From: Microcystis aeruginosa NIES-843
GTDB lineage: Bacteria; Cyanobacteriota; Cyanobacteriia; Cyanobacteriales; Microcystaceae
Reading direction: 5' to 3'
DNA: 32,000 nt
Assembly (NCBI RefSeq): GCF_000010625.1
Contig: NC_010296.1
Span: forward strand, 300,001-332,000
In this document: positions 26,609 to 32,000 of the stretch, piece after piece
Numbering within the stretch: the stretch's first letter is position 1
How the letters are laid out: each line of letters opens with the position of its first letter
Position numbers and translations under genes: made by a program
Notes under the pieces: model-generated
What the model was told of the DNA's origin: nothing
What the model saw: only the letters and a program-made list of their open reading frames with translations
Database searches by the model: none

Positions 26609-27217
26609 CTAGCGGGTGGGAACGCAATTATTTTGCGGGCCAGCAGATCTCGTACCACAGGGTGCGTCGCGATCGGCGAGTGGTGCTTTGGCGAAAAACT
26701 CCGTCATCGAGATATAGGTTTTATCTCCGGAATTCTGGAGGAGCATATCCGAGCTTTTCCCCTCTAGGATGTCCATGAGTTGTTGCAAGACTAAATCTGG
26801 ATTATCGTGGGGTTTAAGGGTAAAAAGTTGGCTATTACCATCGCAGGGATCGCCGGATCGTGAAACGCTGCAGATGATCGGGTATCCCTTCGCCCGGCCG
26901 GTGGTGAGATAGTTAAAACGCCCTTGATTATAGGCTTCCTGGAATTTTTTCGTGACTTCCTCGCAACGAACCGGGGAACGTTTGGAGAAATATTCCGATT
27001 TCCAGCCGATAATCCGCACATTGCCGCTCCTTTGGGGAATCCAAGCCAGGGTGGCGGGGATTTTTCCTCCCGATGCGCGATCGAACACCTCTTTACAGAA
27101 GAAGGTGACGCCATTCGGGGTGGTCGATTGGCTGAAACCGGGGGCGATACCACCGAGGAGGACAGTGGCGAGGAGGCCGACGCAAGCGAGACGGTGGGAA
27201 ATATGTCTAGAGTTCAT
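26609..27217 (-). CDS. COP23-family (circadian oscillating protein-like) secreted protein
   Basis: 202 aa with a signal peptide and 6 Cys. FFCKEV..GKIPATLAW..RGNVRIIGWKSEYF...RCEEVTKKFQEAY..GRFNYLTTGR.KGYPIIC...GDPC...LFTLKP matches my memory of the COP23 domain pattern. Not verified by a search. Confidence 0.65.
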   Translation of the reverse strand: MNSRHISHRLACVGLLATVLLGGIAPGFSQSTTPNGVTFFCKEVFDRASGGKIPATLAWIPQRSGNVRIIGWKSEYFSKRSPVRCEEVTKKFQEAYNQGRFNYLTTGRAKGYPIICSVSRSGDPCDGNSQLFTLKPHDNPDLVLQQLMDILEGKSSDMLLQNSGDKTYISMTEFFAKAPLADRDAPCGTRSAGPQNNCVPTR

Positions 27218-27276
27218 AGGGATAGTTCCTCAGAAAATAGGGATTAGAATCGTGATTAGGGTCAAAATGGGATTAT

Positions 27277-28377
27277 TTAAGGGTTAGCGGCGGCGTTGAG
27301 GGTGTAGCGACCCGATTCACCCCCTTCGCGAGAGGTGGCCACTAGGATATAAACTCCATCGGCAGGTAATTCGGTTACGAGTCGAGCGTTAAAATCCCCG
27401 GGGGCGCGATCGACGCGCTGGTTACTACGGGCGACCTGTGGGTATTTTGTCCCCTCGGAAGATTGGAGAACGCGATAGAGGACAAGATAGGGAGCGATCT
27501 CGTTGCTGTTCATATCCAGAACGATTTTCTGTCCGGCACGACCCTCGAACCCGTAATATTGCTCGTTTTGGTCTTTGGTCAAGTTGCCTTGAACGGTCTG
27601 ACCGTTAAGAGGGAGGGCGAGTAACTGTATCCGATCGTCCTGTCCTAATGTTGAGACGGTGGAGACATCGCCTGTTTTAACTGCGGTGAGGAAAGCTTGC
27701 AGGCGATCGAGGGAAACGGCGAAATTAATCCCGCTCTGGGTAAGGCCGATCGGGTTTCCCGCACCGTCGTAAACGTAACTCCCGATATCGCCTGCGACGT
27801 TAACCCCCACCACTTCCCCCCGTGAATTCAAAAGCGGCCCGCCGGAATTGCCTTTGTTGATATTAGCGTTGTGTTGTACGATGCCTTTTTCGGGGTCGAG
27901 ACGGCTGATAATGCCCTGGGTGAGGGTGTTTTGATAGTCCTCGTTTAAGGGTGTGCCGATGGCGAAAACGCTTTCGCCGACTTTGGCGGAGTTCGGACGG
28001 GCGAGGGGAAGATAGGGCAGGTTTTGGCGGTTATAAATCCGCAGGACGGCTAAATCCACGCCATTTTTAGCGAAGCCGATCACGTCTGCCGAGGCCTGCT
28101 GTCCGTTGGAAAATTTCACCGTCACCACCCGGGGGCCGTCCGCAACAACGTGGGCGTTGGTAATGATGATACCGTCGGGACTGACCAGAAAGCCGCTACC
28201 GTGGCCGCTGCCATTTTTGACGGTGACGACGGCGGGGCTGGCTTTCTGATAGACTCTAGAAGCGGTCTGCTCCTGGGCGAGGATGGGTGGAATGTTTTCC
28301 ATCAGGAAGCCTCCGGGTTGAACGAGTAGGCCAGTGGTGGCCAGTAGCACCGATAGGGTGAAAGTAATTGGTTTCAT
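27277..28377 (-). CDS. Secreted HtrA-like S1 serine protease with a PPC-like C-terminal beta domain in place of PDZ
   Basis: 366 aa with signal peptide MKPITFTLSVLLATTGLLV. The triad is TNAHV / VDLAVL / GNSGGPL. The C-terminal YYGFEGRAGQKIVLDM....GVYILVATS..GESGRYTLNA resembles pre-peptidase C-terminal domains. Confidence 0.8.
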   Translation of the reverse strand: MKPITFTLSVLLATTGLLVQPGGFLMENIPPILAQEQTASRVYQKASPAVVTVKNGSGHGSGFLVSPDGIIITNAHVVADGPRVVTVKFSNGQQASADVIGFAKNGVDLAVLRIYNRQNLPYLPLARPNSAKVGESVFAIGTPLNEDYQNTLTQGIISRLDPEKGIVQHNANINKGNSGGPLLNSRGEVVGVNVAGDIGSYVYDGAGNPIGLTQSGINFAVSLDRLQAFLTAVKTGDVSTVSTLGQDDRIQLLALPLNGQTVQGNLTKDQNEQYYGFEGRAGQKIVLDMNSNEIAPYLVLYRVLQSSEGTKYPQVARSNQRVDRAPGDFNARLVTELPADGVYILVATSREGGESGRYTLNAAANP

Positions 28378-28493
28378 CGGGTTGGCTCCTCTTTAGTCGG
28401 GGGATACTTGCAAGGATGTTATCGTTGGTTTTTTTCCAATTATGCGATTAAGTTTTAAGTCTTCAGGTTGCTTTTTTCACAAAAGTTTAGAGG

Positions 28494-28513
28494 GGGAGAG
28501 CGATCGCTCTCCC
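28494..28513 (-). terminator. Perfect 20-bp palindrome centred on a HIP1 site, 7 nt after the TPR gene stop (possible terminator)
   Basis: GGGAGAGCGATCGCTCTCCC. On the minus strand it is followed, after CCTCTAAAC, by a TTTT run. Confidence 0.4.
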
Positions 28514-28520
28514 TTGCAAC

Positions 28521-29015
28521 TTACGCACCTATCTGCCGTAGTGCTTCTATGGCGCTGTTGTACATTTCTGTGTTTCCCTGCTGGCGAAATAATTCGGCGG
28601 CCGTTGTTAGATCGGCGATCGCATTTTGTCTCTGGTTAAATGCGAGATGGACGTATCCGCGGAAATGGTAAGCGTAGGCAGCGCGGGGGTTTAGTCGGAT
28701 CGCGGTGTTCAGGTCTTGAAACGCCGGCCGCCATTGTTCGCGAATCGTGTAAATCATGCCCCGACCGAGGTAAGCTTCGGTATAGTCTGGATCGAGTTCG
28801 ATCGCTCTGGTGAATTGAGCGAGGGCGAGATCATATTTTTCCTGTTGGATGTAGTTAATTCCCCGGTTAAAGTGGGCGATCGCTTCTTTGTAGTTCGCTT
28901 GAGTGATCAGGGTTTCGGCTGGTTGTCGGCTTTCTAGGGCCATAACGGGGCGAACAGTGGCGAGGGTGGAGAGGCCGATTAGACTGACGGTGGTGAGAAG
29001 GGCAAAGGATTTCAT
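28521..29015 (-). CDS. Small secreted TPR protein
   Basis: 164 aa with signal peptide MKSFALLTTVSLIGLSTLATVRPVMA. It has three or four TPRs and the C-terminal cap AAELFRQQGNTEMYNSAIEALRQIGA. Confidence 0.8.
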   Translation of the reverse strand: MKSFALLTTVSLIGLSTLATVRPVMALESRQPAETLITQANYKEAIAHFNRGINYIQQEKYDLALAQFTRAIELDPDYTEAYLGRGMIYTIREQWRPAFQDLNTAIRLNPRAAYAYHFRGYVHLAFNQRQNAIADLTTAAELFRQQGNTEMYNSAIEALRQIGA

Positions 29016-29193
29016 GGGTAGTGCCTCGGTGAGGGTGATTTGAACTTCTACCTAATTCATCGGTTGCTTTTTTGAGAATATGCAGGATAGGGCGATCAAT
29101 TTTTTTTCCTTTCGGGTACAAAAGGAAAAAGCGCGGCAATCGGCATCGCTTTGTTATCATTTAGTGAAAAATACTTGTTTTTTTTGATGCAAT

Positions 29194-29751
29194 ATGGTAA
29201 GCAAATCCCCGACGATTACTGATGCGGAATTAATTCGCCTCAGTTGTCAGAACCCGGAATTAGGCTTTGAACGCAATGCAGATGGAACGTTAGTCACTAT
29301 GCCCCCGATCGGAAGTATTTCAGCGAATCGAGAACTGAAAGCCGGCGCTCGCCTGCTCTACTGGGTCGAACAGAACGGGTTAGGAGAGGTATTTAGTTCT
29401 AGCGGCGGTTTTAAACTGGCCAATAGCGCGGTACGCTCTCCCGATGTGGCTTTCGTGGCGAGAGAACGTTTACCGTCCGGTTGGCAGGAAAGGGAGGATG
29501 AATTTCTCGATCTCGCGCCGGATTTCGTGATCGAGATCCGTTCTAAAACCGATAGTTTATCCAAGTTAAAGCGGAAAATGGAGGAGTATCGGGAGAACGG
29601 GGTGAAGTTAGGATGGTTGATTGATCGCCACAATAAACAGGCTTTCGTCTACCGTCAGGACGGGACGATTACCTGTTATCCCGAGAACGCGATTTTAAGC
29701 GGGGAAGATGTGGTTCCGGGGTTCACCCTAGCGCTAGAAATCTTGCTGTAA
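29194..29751 (+). CDS. Uma2-family (DUF820) putative endonuclease
   Basis: 185 aa. ...ELGFERNADGTLVTMPP...SPDVAFV...APDFVIEIRSKTDS...KMEEYRENGVKLGWLID is the typical Uma2 pattern. Confidence 0.8.
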   Translation: MVSKSPTITDAELIRLSCQNPELGFERNADGTLVTMPPIGSISANRELKAGARLLYWVEQNGLGEVFSSSGGFKLANSAVRSPDVAFVARERLPSGWQEREDEFLDLAPDFVIEIRSKTDSLSKLKRKMEEYRENGVKLGWLIDRHNKQAFVYRQDGTITCYPENAILSGEDVVPGFTLALEILL

Positions 29752-29796
29752 GATCGATCGCTTTTTTCGGGGTGAGATTCAAAATCGATCGAGTAT

Positions 29797-29925
29797 CTAG
29801 ACCGCGCCTAATTGCCGTAGGAATTGCAGGGCTTTTTCGCGTGCTGGCGCGTTCCCTTGCTGGCGGAACAGTTCGGCGGCTTGTCGGAAATCCTCGATCG
29901 CTTTTTCCTTGTCTAGCCGATAGAC
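29797..29925 (-). pseudogene. C-terminal remnant of a TPR gene, truncated by a MITE
   Basis: YVYRLDKEKAIEDFRQAAELFRQQGNAPAREKALQFLRQLGAV* parallels the C-terminus of the 164-aa TPR protein. Upstream coding sequence is replaced by MITE copy 4. Confidence 0.65.
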
Positions 29926-30067
29926 GTAAGGAAACCCAACAATAGACCCAAGGAAACCCAACAATAGACCCAAGGAAACCCAACAATACACCCAAGGAAA
30001 CCCAACAAAAAGATTCAGACGGACTTAGGTGTTGGTTGTTGGGTTTCGTTCCGATGACCCAACCTAG
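29923..30067. mobile_element. MITE copy 4 (22-bp unit x3.5, internal deletion in the right half)
   Basis: GACGTAAGGAAACCCAACAATAGACCCAAGG... then ...TTAGGTGTTGGTTGTTGGGTTTCG, jumping to ACCCAACCTAGG. Confidence 0.7.
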
Positions 30068-30212
30068 GAAAGGATGCGATCGCTTTTCGTTCTCTAAAAC
30101 AGTGATCGCACCAAGATGACAAGCACTGTAGCATAACCCACCGAATATTATAAAATTGGTGGTGCGTTACATTTCATGCTTGGCGAAATCCGGCAAAATA
30201 AGCTTTAACCTC

Positions 30213-30449
30213 ATGCCAGAAATTTTCAGACTGGAAGGCTATGTTTTCTTTTTCTATGCCAATGAAGGCAATGAACCCATGCACGTTCACGTTCGACGGG
30301 GCGGCGGATATGCTAAATTTTGGCTAGAGCCGCTAGAATTGGATTATGCTAAAGGTCTAAAAACCAAAGAAATTGTTCGGGCTGAAGTTATCATTACAGA
30401 AAATATAGAAATAATACGGAGGAAATGGCACGATGTATTTGGTACATGA
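30213..30449 (+). CDS. DUF4160-family small protein
   Basis: MPEIFRLEGYVFFFYANEGNEPMHVHVRRGGGYAKFWLEP is the typical DUF4160 N-terminus. I prefer the ATG at 30213 to the upstream start in the track. Confidence 0.7.
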   Translation: MPEIFRLEGYVFFFYANEGNEPMHVHVRRGGGYAKFWLEPLELDYAKGLKTKEIVRAEVIITENIEIIRRKWHDVFGT

Positions 30450-30681
30450 AAGCATAGTAAAAGCTCAAAAAGTTTGGGTTGAAGATAAATGGATTTGTAT
30501 TCGTTTAGAAGACGATAGAGAAATTCGTTTTCCTGCTTATAAAAATAAACGCTTATCAAAAGCAACCTTTGAACAATTAGCAGAGGTTGAGTTAATTTGT
30601 GATGGCACGGGATTACATTGGGAAACCTTAGATGAGGATTTGTCCATCATTGGCATTTTAGAAGGAAGATTGGGTGCTTAA
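30433..30681 (+). CDS. DUF2442-family small protein (usual partner of DUF4160)
   Basis: 82 aa, overlapping the upstream gene by 17 nt. ...WICIRLEDDREIRFP...LHWETLDEDLSI is DUF2442-like. Confidence 0.65.
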   Translation: MYLVHESIVKAQKVWVEDKWICIRLEDDREIRFPAYKNKRLSKATFEQLAEVELICDGTGLHWETLDEDLSIIGILEGRLGA

Positions 30682-30740
30682 ATGTTAAATGCTTAAAAAA
30701 AATCGGCTCTACCGAACCTAGTAATCATAGCAATTACCGT

Positions 30741-30842
30741 CGGTTGGGTTGACGTAAAAAAACCCAACAAAAAGATTCAGACGGACTTAGGTGTTGGGTG
30801 TTGGGTTTCGCTTTCCCTGAGAATTGAGAGATTTTCTTTAAC
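30741..30842. mobile_element. MITE copy 5, right end cut by insertion of the CTAAGTAG-type MITE
   Basis: CGGTTGGGTTGACGTAAAAAAACCCAACAAAAAGATTCAGACGGACTTAGGTGTTGGGTGTTGGGTTTCGCTTTCCCTGAGAATTGAGAG...TTTAAC, followed directly by CTAAGTAGCTGG. Confidence 0.75.
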
Positions 30843-30945
30843 CTAAGTAGCTGGTTATAATTAAATTAAAAATGGATTTTAGGTTCGATCCCCCCTGCCC
30901 CCCTTGATAAGGGTAGGGCTGTTTCATTTAAATTAATTACAGCTG
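30843..30945. mobile_element. Small MITE, CTAAGTAG-type (copy 2)
   Basis: The first ~38 nt are identical to 16484-16521. The right end AATTAATTACAGCT is inverted relative to AGCTGGTTATAATTAAATT. Confidence 0.55.
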
Positions 30946-31149
30946 ATTTTGAGTCAATAAATTTGACCGAAGATTCTCAAGTTTATCTTTTTCTAATCAA
31001 AAGAGTTAGTCACAATAACTAATCTTTAATCTTCTGCCAATATTTATTATGAATAAATTGATAAAGCCTGTTCCCAAGCCACTAAAAGCCTATCTCTCTT
31101 GAAATTGTCTGAGAGTACATCCTGTTAATTTAGCTAATTTTTCTGCTTC

Positions 31150-32000
31150 TTACGTCGATAAAACTATCAATTTTTCCCAACGTTCAGCTAACCACCTCTG
31201 TCCCTCTGTTATTGAGAGAAAACCCAAACCTCTGAAAAGATTCAATCCTATAGTTGTGAGAATTGACCAATTGCTGGCCGCTTGAAAATCACTTATCTCG
31301 CTTTTATCTTCCTCAAAAATTACATCTTTTACCCAATGTAACTGATTTTCTATTTTCCAATGTCCTCGAATAATTTTAGCAAATACTTGAGCGGATTCGG
31401 TTAGGCTACTGATATAGTAAGCTGTTTCTTCATAGGTTTTATCCCCGCGACTACCCTTTCTTTCTACTTTAATAACTCTTCGCAGATTTTCAAACCCTTG
31501 TCTTTCATTTTTTCTCACTTTAAAAACTTCTATTTTTCTTGATATTTTTCGTCCATGACTATTATCTTGTTCAAGAAAGCAACTTTCTGGCTTTGAGGAA
31601 TTACTCAGGTCTTGTATTCGCTTATAAAGATTTTTCTGATTTCCTTTAACGGTGATAACATAATCATTTTTAGTCTTGGCTATTAAGCTGATTGTTTTTT
31701 TCTGACAGTGTAAAGCATCGCCAGTAAAAACTTTATTTTGGAGAGAGCAATCCTCAATTATAGCTTGCCCTTCGTCGATTTCAGACCCTTTTTTGTTTTC
31801 CATTCTTTTTAAGTGTAATACTAATCCACTTTCTTGACTAAACAATGAGACAAACATGATAAAATTTTGTTGTTCATTATTAGGATTCTTTAGGGTGTTT
31901 TTGAGACTTTTTCCATCCATACCTAGCCAATTTATATCATCTCTTTGTCCATATTCTTCTAATGCCCATTCATTAAACATTTTTAACAAACTCTGCCAGT
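31150..32000 (-). CDS. ISAs1-family (IS4-like DDE, H-repeat type) transposase; N-terminus beyond the window edge
   Basis: MDGKSLKNT, GDALHCQKKT, DYVITVKGNQKNLY, HGR, AYYISSL and IRGHWKIENQLHWVKDVIFEEDKS match ISAs1 hallmarks. The frame stays open upstream of the track's TTG to nt 32000. Confidence 0.85.
   Translation of the reverse strand, partial: WQSLLKMFNEWALEEYGQRDDINWLGMDGKSLKNTLKNPNNEQQNFIMFVSLFSQESGLVLHLKRMENKKGSEIDEGQAIIEDCSLQNKVFTGDALHCQKKTISLIAKTKNDYVITVKGNQKNLYKRIQDLSNSSKPESCFLEQDNSHGRKISRKIEVFKVRKNERQGFENLRRVIKVERKGSRGDKTYEETAYYISSLTESAQVFAKIIRGHWKIENQLHWVKDVIFEEDKSEISDFQAASNWSILTTIGLNLFRGLGFLSITEGQRWLAERWEKLIVLST

Noticed and set aside
26791-27287. Three overlapping ORFs (26791-27153 minus, 26924-27247 plus, 26952-27287 plus) over the COP23 gene.
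   Set aside because: GC-rich regions generate long spurious frames. Only the 26609-27217 frame has a signal peptide and family-like motifs.
28716-29160. ORFs 28716-28937 (plus) and 28867-29160 (minus) overlapping the 164-aa TPR gene.
   Set aside because: These are alternative frames of a gene with a clear signal peptide and TPR motifs. Their Arg/Pro-rich translations are typical of GC-rich off-frames.
30344-30565. 73-aa minus-strand ORF across the DUF4160/DUF2442 junction.
   Set aside because: It is antisense to two overlapping plus-strand genes with recognisable family N-termini, and its translation is AT-rich low complexity.

Overview
This 32-kb segment is cyanobacterial chromosome. The evidence is HIP1 GCGATCGC octamers throughout the core genes, a CIRCE-controlled stand-alone groEL, Ycf20-like and COP23-like genes, and cyanobacterial Rpn/DUF4351 paralogues. 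The repeat content suggests a Microcystis-like unicellular cyanobacterium, but I cannot verify that here.

Layout:
- 1-8.8 kb, mostly core genes: the 3' end of a SWIM protein, an RCK-pore-RCK K+ channel, a very AT-rich orphan membrane protein, groEL, an ABC-F ATPase and a small secreted protein.
- 8.9-15.7 kb, a repeat-ridden accessory mosaic: one intact and three decayed Rpn-family genes, an 836-aa RTX/Calx-beta protein, the remnant of a paralogue sharing its 5' cassette, a vapBC pair, a 33-bp perfect-palindrome family and heptamer arrays.
- 15.7-21.4 kb, conserved cyanobacterial genes: a PD-(D/E)XK protein, a J-domain/DUF3611-like/Ycf20-like operon, and a 782-aa TPR protein preceded by a C9 tract.
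- 21.4-32 kb, accessory: a truncated AAA ATPase, a MITE-bracketed vapBC, a GC-rich secreted S1-protease/COP23/TPR four-gene module, a Uma2 endonuclease, a TPR remnant, a DUF4160/DUF2442 pair and an ISAs1 transposase.

The best candidate for an undescribed system is the co-oriented secreted module at 23.0-29.0 kb. It has three intact trypsin-like domains, a COP23-family protein of unknown biochemistry, and two TPR scaffolds. One scaffold is a 13 x 102-bp near-identical array sitting behind a G9 tract. All family assignments come from motif recognition by eye; no searches were run.
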